Assembly: GCA_010093995.1 (NCBI GenBank)
Contig: ML992503.1
Span: forward strand, 1,987,328 to 2,051,327
From: Elsinoe ampelina
Lineage: Eukaryota
Direction: 5' to 3'
DNA length: 64,000 bases
The notes under the pieces were generated by a model. The model saw only the letters and a list, made by a program, of their open reading frames with translations, was not told where the DNA came from and ran no database searches. Shown here in pieces: positions 35,879-47,279 of the stretch. Numbering within the stretch: the first letter of the stretch is position 1; the number at the start of each line of letters is the position of its first letter. The position numbers and the translations under genes are program-made.

Positions 35879-37310
35879 ATGGCGGAGAAGGAAAAGAAGC
35901 GCAAGAGAGCCAGCACAGAGGGTGTCAAGTCCAACAAAAGGAGATCAATTGATAGTGACGCTGGTGAAATTCGTGTAAAGCTCGACACACAAGTTGGGAA
36001 GCTCCATCCAGTAATCGGTATGGTAGCAGATAGCTTCACTAACTTGCTTGTAGCTGACCTAAGCAGCGACTACTGCTGGGATACAGCTGAAACCGCTATC
36101 ATTCGATGCTTACAGCCATGGAATTAGCACCTCGGCCCACTCCCAATCTCTCCTCCTCCAGACCTCCGAGCATCCTCTTCTCGACTACACCGCACGCACA
36201 AATGATGATGGGACTCTTGCACACTACGTTGGTATCTACGACCCAGCCGAGAAAGTCGTCAGACTCCTGCCTGCACACGCTGCTTCCATCCGCAGCACGC
36301 TACGATCCGAAGCCGCCGAAGTCCAAGCACAGAACGAGAGCGCCGCGCGTAGTAGGTTAAAGCAGAGAGAAGAGCTTGGTCTTGAGTTTGGCACGAAGAA
36401 GGCCAAGAAAGCCATTGCATCAAAGACGGTCAACGCCATCACTGGCGACTCAGCAAAAGGCGTCGAACAGGCAATTCTGGGTGACGTTGGGGACGCGGCT
36501 ACTGCTGCGCCTGCGAAATCAGAACGAGATGACGAGATATTGAAAGCGAAGCCCATACCGAAGCCAAACCTGGAAGCGGAGAGCCCCGAGAAGGTCTACC
36601 CAATCACGCAAATGATACATCCCGGAGACTTAAGGAGCTTGACCGTGAAAGATTGGCAGGACAAGGTCAAGGCTGGAACAGAGGTGCAACTAAGTTCGCG
36701 CTTTGTGGCACATCGATTACAGAAAGTGGTGGCCAAAGACAACATTCAGATGCTCAAAGCACTCAAATACCTCCTGCTCTTACTTGAATTTGTTGGAGTA
36801 TTGAAGCCCGGAAGGAGTGGTAGAAAAGTCCCACAGAATGATCAGCTCAAGAGTCAGCTATCGAGCTGGCCGGAGACGCTGGTGGACAATGTGCGACGCA
36901 AGTTCGCTCAGGGAGGGTGAGCATACCGATAATTCCACAACAGGGGGAGCCTTGACTGACCACCGACAGCGAGTTGAACAAATGGCATGTCGACAATCTC
37001 ATGACGCACATCGCTGCCATTTCGTTGTACATCGACGGCCAACGAACGGACACACATGACCTGCGGGAGGATCTGCAAATGGAGAACAAACAGTGGGTAG
37101 CACAAAGTGGAGCTGTTCAAGCCGCGGCTGACAAGGTTCAGGATGTCACAGTATTTCAGCGAATTAGGATGTAAGATACGAGCTCCCACGGAGAAAGAGT
37201 ATCCGGAGTTCAAGATCTCGAATAAGGCTCAAGCAGCGCAACGCAAGGTTGCCGTTCTCAAGATCCCCTTGGAGTTTCCCAAGACGAGGAATCCGCCACG
37301 TCGACGATGA
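35879..37310 (+). CDS. RPA49: RNA polymerase I subunit A49 (RPA49/PAF53-like)
   Basis: Exons 35879-36017, 36067-36916, 36970-37092 and 37142-37310. Motifs HYVGIYDP, LGLEFGTKKAKKA, PIPKPNLEA..PEKVYPI, YFSELGCK and AVLKIPLEFP. Confidence 0.85.
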
Positions 37311-38007
37311 TAAGGCCTTTGTCAGCAGCAGCGACATTTCAGTACCATCGGTAGTGCGACTGTTACCCATCTCAGAAGTCACGAGACACACAGATAGCTT
37401 GCCGGGGAATGCAAAAAGTACAACCGACCAAGACATGACCTCTCCGCCTCCGCTGTCATTGTGCTGCCACACCTTCTGCGTGCCCACGCACTGATGACAG
37501 AGTCACATCATCTGCTTCGGGTAGTTGCAGAGCAGTACCGAGGGAATGTTGCGCAATACAAGTCCAAGCGAGATTGGTGCACCGCAATCTTGTACCTCTC
37601 AATGGACCTATCAATATTATAAATATCCCATCTCGGCCCACACCGAACCAGACTGTCGGGTCTGCCACGACCACACGCCAATCTTGACCAAATGTCTGGA
37701 TCACAAGCCTCACCTCCTCCTTGGGCCTGTCAACGATGGGATATTCGTATCTGTGCTATACCCGATCTCCACTCGCCCTGGTCAATGGCCGTGATCAGAG
37801 CGCTGTGCCTTCATCTTTCCGAACTTGCCATCGCATGTTGTCTTTGTTCATTATGCTCCTTCCTTCTGTAGGTCTTTCCATTAGCCCGCACATTCGTTCT
37901 CTGTCACTGTCAAAATGCCGGTCTACACATTACTCCCAATCATTCCTTCCACCTGCGTCCGCCGTTCAGTTATTCTGGTCCATGCTAATCTCAGGATATT
38001 CTTGAGC

Positions 38008-39303
38008 ATGAGACTTGTTTTCATCTACAGTCTCGTCGCATCCTGGTATGTCCTGCGAACATCTGCCGCTATCATCGCCGCTGCCATTGTCGCTAAGAGC
38101 GTCTACGACCACATCCCACACTGGACCCGACAAGCAGGAGAGAAGATGGTGTCGCCTGATCGAGCCATCTATACAGCTATCTCCCACACCTGCACGTTGA
38201 TCTTGGGTGGAGTCTTTGGTGAGCGATCGTCACTCGAGCAGACAAGTTTCACGTTCTGACATCAACCAGGATCGCGCATCAGGCATCTGTCTTCCGCCAG
38301 CTTTCGCAGAATCACCTTCATCAACTCGCTCGTCCTCGCTTTGTACTTTATGAGCGCCGCATTTGTCTTCAGCGCTGCTCTCTTGCAGACTGGTCTCAAC
38401 ATCGACGATGTCGGAGCTTGTAATGCCGCCGTCTACTGTTGTGTCGTATTCTACTTCATAAGCAAAGGATTCATACAGCTCTTTCTGATCGAGAGAGCAC
38501 ACGCCATCCGGGCACACAAGTTCTTCAGACGCCACGACAAGATCTACATCGCTCTCCTTGCAGCCATCCTGGTTGGCTTCGGCAGTATCATGGTTGCGGC
38601 CATGATCTGGCCAATTGCGGAGGTCAGTGGAATTGACGGAATCTGTCGTATCGGCCTACCTGTAGCGATCTCAGGATCCATCATCGCCGCAGACATGGTG
38701 ATCAACGCTGCCCTCACTGGCGTCTTCATCTGGCTGCTCCGTCCTCTCGCCCGAAATCGCACTGTATCGGCGGGCAGCTCAAGCGGCATCATGGTTCATC
38801 GACGGGTCTCTTTCTCATCAGCCACTCCATCTCCCGGAAGCTTATCCGAAAGCAATGCCATCAACACGGCTTTCCACAGGAGACCCGACATCATCAGCAC
38901 TGCAGACGCGAATAGCTTGAAAGGGGTCGGTATTACCAGAATCACCAACGTTATTGAGCGTCAGCAGACATACGACGCTGAGAAGGAGTCTTATCGTCCT
39001 AGAGACGTGATTATTTCAAGGAACGCGAATTGGATCGACAAGCTGATTCTCAAATCAACCATCGGCACCGTGTTGGTCATCCTTCCCACCATTGCCAACC
39101 TGGGGTTCCTAGCGCATCAGGGTGGTAGGGAGAGGGCTTGGATCTGTTTGACGTTTTGCACTGTCGATGGTGAGCTGATAGATCCGGTGGGCGAGACTCT
39201 ACTAAATGTGTCAGTTACCTGGGCAGTACTCATCCTCCACTGGCTCACTGTCGGTTCGCCTGAACCTGCGCCTGTCTCCAGAAATGCAGTAGGCGTCGTC
39301 TGA
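38008..39303 (+). CDS. orphan seven-transmembrane (GPCR-like) membrane protein
   Basis: Exons 38008-38218, 38270-39169 and 39215-39303. Hydrophobic N-terminus plus seven TM-length segments, a long Ser-rich loop after TM5, FLIERA at the end of TM3, and Cys residues at the TM3 start and in loop GICRIG. Confidence 0.65.
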
Positions 39304-39489
39304 AAAGTGAACGATGGAGGCGATGCTTGGAGACTGCCTGGCCGACCTGGGAATAATATTAGTATGGAAGCAGATTCAGGAAAAAGCACCAGGTTGATAC
39401 CCACTTGCATACGTACGTCGCTGCCGACTGAGCATGCGGGCAGGCTTGAGAAATAGCAAAAGCGTAGTAATCATATCTCAATCCCCCTC

Positions 39490-39837
39490 TCAACTTGCTT
39501 CGTCAATGCCCAGCTCCTCCATGACCTCTTTGACCCTGCAGCTTCTCTGCTCGGCAATCATGCCAATCAGTCCTTGGGCGACATCTTTGATGTCATTGTA
39601 TCGTCCCAGGAGCTTGACGTGGTCCACTCGAGCTTTGCGAGCTTGGGCAAGCGCTTCTCGGACTTGTTCGTCTGTGACGGGTATCGCTGAGTGATTGTTG
39701 GGCTGTGCCACGGTTTGCGATGTGGAGAAGTGCGGCAGGTCGCTGTTGGTGGCGAGAATGCGGCGGACCAAGTCGTCACGTTTGGCGGCCAAGCGGTCCA
39801 GCTGCTGCTGCTCGTGGTCATCAGTCCGCTCCGACAT
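39490..39837 (-). CDS. SWI5: Swi5/Sae3 recombination mediator
   Basis: 115 aa with the Swi5 signature HVKLLGRYNDIKDVAQGLIGMIA…VKEVMEELGI. Confidence 0.85.
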   Translation of the reverse strand: MSERTDDHEQQQLDRLAAKRDDLVRRILATNSDLPHFSTSQTVAQPNNHSAIPVTDEQVREALAQARKARVDHVKLLGRYNDIKDVAQGLIGMIAEQRSCRVKEVMEELGIDEAS

Positions 39838-40300
39838 GGCGAGAGTTCCGTCCAGCGAGATGGGTCAGGGTTTGGTGTGGGATTGTGATGTTGTTGTTGG
39901 AGGGAATGCGGACGCAATGACGGACTTGTGGATTCTCATAGTAGCCACACCTCATATGACATTAATGAGAAGAGCCAGTGAGGTGTTTTGTTGTTTTCCG
40001 TGTCGATTCCAGAGTTCAAAAACTCGCTGGGTTTTCGGAAACTGGTAAACAATAGCTCGCATGGATGAGAAGTGTGTTGGTCAATTTGTGGACCTCGGCT
40101 GACTGACTGACATGGTGAGATAGACGCACCAGAATGTCGAATTCGGAATCGACTCTATACATCTTACCTTGAATATCAACAAAGTATTCCGAAGACACAG
40201 AACTCTGTGAACGTGGTTTTATCTTGTTTGCAAATTGACTGTCTCATCGAAGTGCTGAGCTTCAACATTCGGATCATTCGACCAAAGGGTCGTTTCGCAA

Positions 40301-40307
40301 TTTAGCC
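40301..40307 (-). promoter_or_regulatory. XlnR-type site GGCTAAA upstream of the GH43 gene
   Basis: TTTAGCC at 40301-40307, about 380 bp upstream of the GH43 ATG. CreA-like SYGGRG matches lie at 40433-40438 and 40481-40486 (minus strand). Confidence 0.45.
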
Positions 40308-40684
40308 AGGCCGAAGTGCTGGACGATCTCTTCTTTTATCCGCTCTACAGGACTACCACTTGAGGCAATCGCAATGCAGGGCGTCGAGTATAGGGCCCCT
40401 CATCCCACCGGGGTAGTTTCAGAACGACTCATCTCCACAGGTCGGTACTCCTCGCCACATTTATAATCGGCCCTTCTACACCCCAGGACGGCAGCGCAGC
40501 CGATCTGTTACTCTGTCACTCCTGTATCACCCACCGGGAACCCTTGAAAGTAACGACGTACATGACACTGTCCTTCCGTAGGTAATGATCCATCAGTGCT
40601 GCAGAGCGTACTTGCAATCTCTGTATATGCTAGACATGTTCTCACTTGAATTGTCCTTTATTGGCTCCTTTGTCAGCGGTGACC

Positions 40685-42226
40685 ATGTTCTTCCACAGCT
40701 GCTATCTGGCAGTCTTCTGTCTACTCCTTACCCATGGCCAGGCATACACCAATCCTGTACTATGGGAGGACCTACCAGATATTGACGTTATTCGCGTCAA
40801 CGATACCTACTACTACTCAGCTTCGACCTTCCACCACTCTCCAGGCGGCCCTTTACTTGCTTCAAAGGACCTGGTCAATTGGGAGTACATTGCTCACTCC
40901 GTACCGACTCTCGACTTTGGGTCCAAGTACTCGATGGAAAATGGGACTGCGTACGTGAATGGCATCTGGGCATCGTCAACTGGATACCGGACCAGCACGG
41001 GACTGTTTTACTGGGTAGGGTGCATCGATTTCGCTCGGACCTACATCTATACCGCGCCCAACGCCGAAGGCCCCTGGACGAGACTATCAGAGATTGGTAC
41101 ATGCTACTACGATGCAGGTTTACTCATCGACGATAACGATACCATGTACGTTGCATACGGCAATACACAACTCAGCGTCGCCGAGCTCTCCACGGATGGT
41201 AAGGAGGTGAAGCAGCAACAAGTGTTCCAGACTCCAGCAGACATCGGCACCGTAGAAGGATCGAGGTTCTACAAGATCGAAAACTACTACTACATCTTCG
41301 TCACCCGACCCGCGAACGCTCAGTATATCCTACGTTCGGATAATCCTTGGGGACCTTACGAATTCAAAGATGTGGTCGTGAATGTGCCCAGCCCCATGCC
41401 GAGCTCAGGCTGGCCGCACCAGGGAGGTCTAGTGGACACCCCAGACGGACAATGGTTCTACATGGCTTTCATCGACAGCTATCCCATGGGAAGAACACCA
41501 GTACTAGCACCTGTCATCTTCGAGGACGGATGGCCGACAGTGCAGCTAGTCAACGGAGCATGGGGAAAAGCATACACCAACCCGTTACCCCTCGTGCCCG
41601 TGGCCCCACATACAGGAATCGACACCTTCACAGGCTCCAGCTTATCCCAACAATGGGAATGGAGTCACAACCCTGACACAACCGCCTTCACCACCGGCAA
41701 CGGCCTCACACTCTCCACCGTCACCGTCACAGACGACTACTACAAAGCCCGAAACACCCTCACACGCCGTGTCATTGGCCCCAAGTCACGCGCCACCATC
41801 CAGCTCAACGCCACGAACATGGTAATAGGAGACAGAGCCGGTCTAGGAGTCGTGCGAGACTGTTCTGCTCTATTACAGGTCCAGAAGACCCCCTCAGGGT
41901 TCGAGATCGGAATGGTGAACGGCCTCAACTTGACTACAAATACATGGGAGACTCAAAGCAACGGCACTGTCGTCGAGACTCGAAGCTTGGCCGGGCCAGA
42001 GGTGTGGTTGCGGGCGACTGTCGATGTCACGCCGGGAGCAGCTGGGGTTGCGCAGATGGAGTATAGCGCTGGTGGGGAGGCGTTTGAGGCTTTGGGAGAG
42101 GATTTGGTGTTGCAGCCGGATTGGCCGTATTTCTTGGGTTATCGGTTTGGGTTGTTCAACTTTGCTTCGGATACGCTTGGGGGCTCGGTGAATGTGGGGA
42201 GGTTTGAGTTGGAGGTTGTGGAGTAG
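40685..42226 (+). CDS. secreted GH43 glycoside hydrolase (beta-xylosidase / arabinofuranosidase) with C-terminal beta-sandwich
   Basis: ATG 40685 with signal peptide. Motifs NPVLWEDLPD, GIWAS, YYDAGLLIDD, VEGSRFYK, PHQGGLVDT and WEWSHNP. Confidence 0.92.
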   Translation: MFFHSCYLAVFCLLLTHGQAYTNPVLWEDLPDIDVIRVNDTYYYSASTFHHSPGGPLLASKDLVNWEYIAHSVPTLDFGSKYSMENGTAYVNGIWASSTGYRTSTGLFYWVGCIDFARTYIYTAPNAEGPWTRLSEIGTCYYDAGLLIDDNDTMYVAYGNTQLSVAELSTDGKEVKQQQVFQTPADIGTVEGSRFYKIENYYYIFVTRPANAQYILRSDNPWGPYEFKDVVVNVPSPMPSSGWPHQGGLVDTPDGQWFYMAFIDSYPMGRTPVLAPVIFEDGWPTVQLVNGAWGKAYTNPLPLVPVAPHTGIDTFTGSSLSQQWEWSHNPDTTAFTTGNGLTLSTVTVTDDYYKARNTLTRRVIGPKSRATIQLNATNMVIGDRAGLGVVRDCSALLQVQKTPSGFEIGMVNGLNLTTNTWETQSNGTVVETRSLAGPEVWLRATVDVTPGAAGVAQMEYSAGGEAFEALGEDLVLQPDWPYFLGYRFGLFNFASDTLGGSVNVGRFELEVVE

Positions 42227-43176
42227 TGTAATATGTCTCTTTTCCCTACCCTTTGGTGGCGGGTCCCCTGAGTCGATCCGGGGAAAGCTCAGTATTCACT
42301 CTCTGTGATGTGGAGTCCGCGTGTCAGATGAAGTTGCAGTCATGGCTCCCCTGCAGTCTGACAGGTCCCCAGATCTGCAAACGGCCTCGAAACAAGACCC
42401 GGCTCATGAGTGAGGAGCCGAGGGGTTCCGAATGGCGATCGGACCTGCCAAGGGCACTCGGTCGTGTTTGACTCGGCGAAGAGGACGCGTGTTTAGCCGG
42501 CGACGAACCTCGTTCAATTCAGCTCTTTCTCCTTCACCCAACATCCACTCATCTAACCGTTGATCTGCGAGACGTCTGAAGTGCATGTGCAGTATTCAGA
42601 GCGCATGTATCAAGAAGCCCTGTAACGCTGTGCGCTCCAGAAGGGTCGTGCAGCAAGTGCTCTGCGATGCGCTTTTGTGTCCACACAAACACAACTGCAT
42701 GATGGAGTTCATGGAGAAGCCACTGCCGCGCTGAGCAGGTGAGATAGTGGATTCGCTGTGCAGCATCTTCTAATTGAGCGTCTCGATCCGCTGAATCCAT
42801 CAATGTCCAGCATGTAGCTGACAATAATGCTGACTGTTGATGGTGGCAGTGGGGCATGACGAAATGAGGTGCAGATCGATTCGCCAGAGTCGAGACGCGG
42901 GTACGTCATGACAGAGCCGTGATATCCATCAAGGTCGAAGTACTGCACATTCCTTCTGTCTTTTCATATCCTTTACAATGAGACAACAGTAGTGATCAAA
43001 GACAAAGTCGTCCTGTCCACAGCATAATATTCGCAGCATCAGCAGTTGTCGTTGGGACGCTATTGCAGATCATCAGCCAAGCAAACCCCTTCTGCATCAC
43101 ATCACGATCAACCTTATCGATCTCAGCTGCACACACGCCACCGAGAACGACTTCATCTTCAGGCACATCGACGATC

Positions 43177-44082
43177 ATGGCTCCGCGAGTCTTCTTCATC
43201 ACTGGCACAAGCACAGGTTTTGGCTACAATTTGGTCAAGAAAGTCCTCAGTGAAGGAGATTTTGCGGTCGCCACGGCACGCAACTCCTCCAAGCTCTCGT
43301 TTCCGGACGCAAAGCACGAGAACTTCCTCGCTGTAGATTTGGATGTCACGAGCAAGGACTCCATCAACGCCGCGTTTGCGAAAGCCCTGTCCCACTTCAA
43401 TCGCATCGACGTGGTGGTAAACAATGCTGGTTACGGATTGAGCGGACCCTTCGAGACCCTGTCAGACAGGCAGATTCGCTTCCAGATGGATGTCAACTTC
43501 TTCGGTCTATTGGATGTGACGCGCAAGGCTCTCGAGGTCATGCGAGTGAAGAATTCCCCGCCAGGTGGCTTGATTCAGCAGGTCACATCGATTGGGGGCC
43601 AGCGGGGTGTGCCTTCATTTAGCGCCTACTGTGCCAGCAAGTGGGCCGTCGAGGGCTTCACTGAAGCCTTGTCTCATGAGGTAAGATCGGCGGTGGCGTT
43701 GTGTCTTTGATGATATCCCTGACGCGTCCTGCAGCTACGACCAGAGTGGAACATCCACGTCCAACTTGTGGAGCCTGGAGGATTCAGGACTGATTGGTCT
43801 GGAAGGAGTATGGACTTTGGCGAGGTCGAGATCCCTGCCTACGACCACATCGACCCGAAGAGCAACGCGCAGAAGCGTAACGGCACACAAGCTGGAGATC
43901 CTGCCAAGGGTGCCAACGCCATGTACGAGCTGGCGACGATGAAAGATCCACCTTTACGCTGCGTGATCGGTACCGATGCATATGCAGCTATGGAGACCAA
44001 GCTGGACACTTACAGCAAGAACGTCAAGAAGTTCGAGAAGCTCAGTAACAGCACTGACGTCGATGGCTACAAGAAGCCATGA
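43177..44082 (+). CDS. SDR oxidoreductase (17beta-HSD/YusZ-like subtype)
   Basis: Exons 43177-43680 and 43735-44082. Motifs ITGTSTGFG, NNAGYG, YCASKWAVEGF and VEPGGFRTDW. Confidence 0.9.
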
Positions 44083-45368
44083 TGGTGTTGAGGGCTAGCA
44101 CGCGTCATCTTTGACAGATTGCAGGGCTGAAATCGAGGACTTGACTATGCAAAAACGTTGAGCAGTATCAGAATGCAGTTCTTCAACACAAATCGACGCG
44201 ATCACCGAGGTTGTTGCGTTGAAGTCATCATGGCATCTCACGGCTGGAAATGCTTGCGCTTGCTACAGAAGCTTGTCTTGTTTGGGCAAAGGCATAGACG
44301 ACTATCCATGAATCCGTGCTGATACCATTGTGATCCCATCTAGCTCCACTTGGCGGGAAATGAGATGAAAATGGACAGGGGGGCGGTATTACCCTACCTG
44401 CAGCGATGCAGTACGCGGTGTATCCGAGGATGCCGCCCCTGACAAGCGGTCAATGTCTATGGCCTTGTTCTATTATCCTTCTAGCGTCGTGTGATGCTTC
44501 TAGCCTCGTTCTCGAAGCTGGTTCCTGGATTAAGCTCTCGCCGTGGTGCGAAAGCCACCAATGGCGACGAGGTGGCAGACCCAAGCGTGACATACTATCC
44601 CCGCGGATGGAGTCATGCCGTTAGGATTTCCGATCTCATGCAGCCTTCTGGAAAGCCATGGCGGTGAGTTAATAGTGAATAGGCAAGCCGATGACGGACA
44701 TGGTCGGCGCCGTCAATATTTCGTCCAAGATTGGTCCGGCGACGCTTGGTGCGAAGTCTGAACAGGATGCGCACGGGACTCTTTCACCAAAGACCGCTAG
44801 TAGCAAAAACTAATGGTGGCGCTATCAGGTGATGGTTCCCATGGGTCGCAGAATGATTGATGCCAATACCGCGAGCTTCCAACTGGCTTCGTCTGGCTTC
44901 TGGAAGGCCAAAAAACACGCCTCGACGCCGCCCCCGAACTTGCCCCGCAGCTTGAAACACTTCAAGGCATGCGCGCACTTCATCCATTTTGTACTAGACT
45001 CGATCATAGCGTTCCCTTCCCTCTTGGCCTCATTTTAACCCCCTCCACATACCTGCTCGGTTATGGTCTGAACCAGTCACACATTGAGTGAGCCTTTTGG
45101 CATCACGGACAACTTGTGGGATGCTGACCTTCGCTTGTGCTGTCTTGGTGGAAGCGAAGGGCACCAGCGACCACACTATCCGCAAGCGAGGTACGGGATG
45201 CATCAAGGGCGCGTGGTGAGGTTGCATCTGACTTTGGATAATGTGATGGGTCCGGTATTGCGCTGGAGCCATTATAGTATGGTCCGCCAATACTGAAGAC
45301 TCTGTCACATCAGACGCCGACGAAACATACCTGAGAGCTCGTGGGATCCCCACGGGGGAGGCTGAAGG

Positions 45369-45374
45369 TATAAA
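45369..45374 (+). promoter_or_regulatory. TATA box of the GH16 gene
   Basis: TATAAA about 130 bp upstream of ATG 45505, which has a strong CAAAATG context. Confidence 0.5.
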
Positions 45375-45504
45375 GTAATCGTCACGCCATTGAGGTAGGT
45401 GTTCAATTCAGCAGCAGTCCAGATCCTCAGGCATCTCCTCTCAAAGACATATCATACCAGAGACATCCCATATCACTACTTCGATACACTTCCCATACTT
45501 CAAA

Positions 45505-46441
45505 ATGTTCTCCCAGAAGCTCATTGCCCTCTTCGCCGCGGCAGCTCCTGCCCTTGCAGCCCCAACCATCTCCGGCTTCACCCTTACCTGGGCCGACGAC
45601 TTCAACGGCGCCGCCAACTCCCTCCCCAACAGCAACAACTGGCTTATTGATGTCGGCACATCCTACCCAGGCGGTCCTGCCAACTGGGGGACCGGAGAGA
45701 TCCAGACCTACACCAACAGCGTCAACAACATCAAGCTCACTGGTGACGGTGTACTTCAGATCATGCCTTTGAAGGACTCCAGCGGCCGATGGACCTCTGC
45801 CCGCATTGAGACCCAACGCACCGACTTTATGGCTCAAGAGGGCCGGAAAATGCGCATCCAAGCCCGCATCATCATGCCAAATGTCGGTGGCCAGGAGGCT
45901 CTTGGTTACTGGCCTGCTTTTTGGACTCTTGGTGGCAACTACCGTGGCAACTACCAGAACTGGCCTTCAGTCGGCGAGTTTGACATCATGGAGAACGTGA
46001 GACCATACAAAAGCTACTCAATTTGACAGCCACGCTAATAATCTGCAGGTCAATGGCATAAACAGCGTCTGGGGAGTCATGCACTGCGGCGTCAACCCCG
46101 GCGGACCATGCAAGGAGACCGACGGTCTACCCAACAACCGCGCCTGCCCCGGCACTGCCTGCCAGGGCAACTGGCACGAGTACACACTCGAGGTCGACCG
46201 CACCGTCACCCCCGAGATCGCCAGGTGGTTCGTTGACGGCCAACTCTACCACACCGTCACCGAGAATACCATCGGTGCTTCTACCTGGGCTCAAGCTGTG
46301 CAGCATGGCCACTTTGTCCTTCTCAACTTGGCCATCGGTGGTGCGTTCCCGAATAACCAGTACAAGGCCGCCACACCGGTTGCTGCGACCGTGCCAAACA
46401 GGCCGATGTACGTCGACTATGTTGCTGTCTACAACTCGTAG
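45505..46441 (+). CDS. secreted GH16 endo-1,3(4)-beta-glucanase (laminarinase-like)
   Basis: Exons 45505-45996 and 46049-46441. Signal peptide, WGTGEIQTYT, WTSARIET, YWPAFW, catalytic EFDIME and VDYVAVY. Confidence 0.92.
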
Positions 46442-47279
46442 GCGGATGGCGGTACTGGTAGGACTAGTGACGGTGTTGGGAGGTCTCGGAAGTGATGACT
46501 GCATGGGGTTGGCGATGGGCTGACTTTGAATGAGCATCTCTCGTACATATTTGCATATTTCTTTGCTTTGCTTCTTCCGTACATACTTGAACACGAATTG
46601 AGCAATCTCGTTGATGCTTCATCTTTTGGCACCCAGCCTTGAATACTTACCGAGGTGAAGGAAAAGAAGATCGTGCCGGAGCTTGTAGATCATCGCTGAG
46701 GATACGTTCCAGCACACGATGCCACGTGCAGCTTTTACCTCCGTAGTAAGAAGGTTGTCCGCAAGTTTCATCGTGCTCTCTGTGGACTATAGACCTCCCG
46801 GTGACGATCAATGTATGCCGGGCATCGATGGTCTCTCACGTTTGAGTAGTATCCGTGGAAGTTCCTCCCGAGGGTGGATGGAAAAGCTTCGCGGCCAAAT
46901 CGGTGCAGCCTTGAGCTTTCCGCTTCTCGATCATCAACGTCGACACGCCACGGCGCTTTGTATATCTCGTCGCAAGCACTCGAGCTGCAGGCAGTGATGA
47001 GGTTGCAGGCCCATGGCTATGTGGAGTCACTTGACGAAATGATCAGGCATTCGCCCGCAAATGACCGTTGCCGCCTGAACGAAGCGTCCAAGCTCGCGCC
47101 ACAGCGGATGGAGCTCAAGGCGGCAAGACATGTCTGAGCTCCTTGATTAACAACTATAAATGCGAGGAGTTAGACTTCCACATCGTTATAGCTCTCACAG
47201 TGCTGGTCATATTCCAAGATTACACCGTCTGCGCGCGTACTCACTCACTGGGCAGCCCAAGCCCTCATCTATCGCCGCC

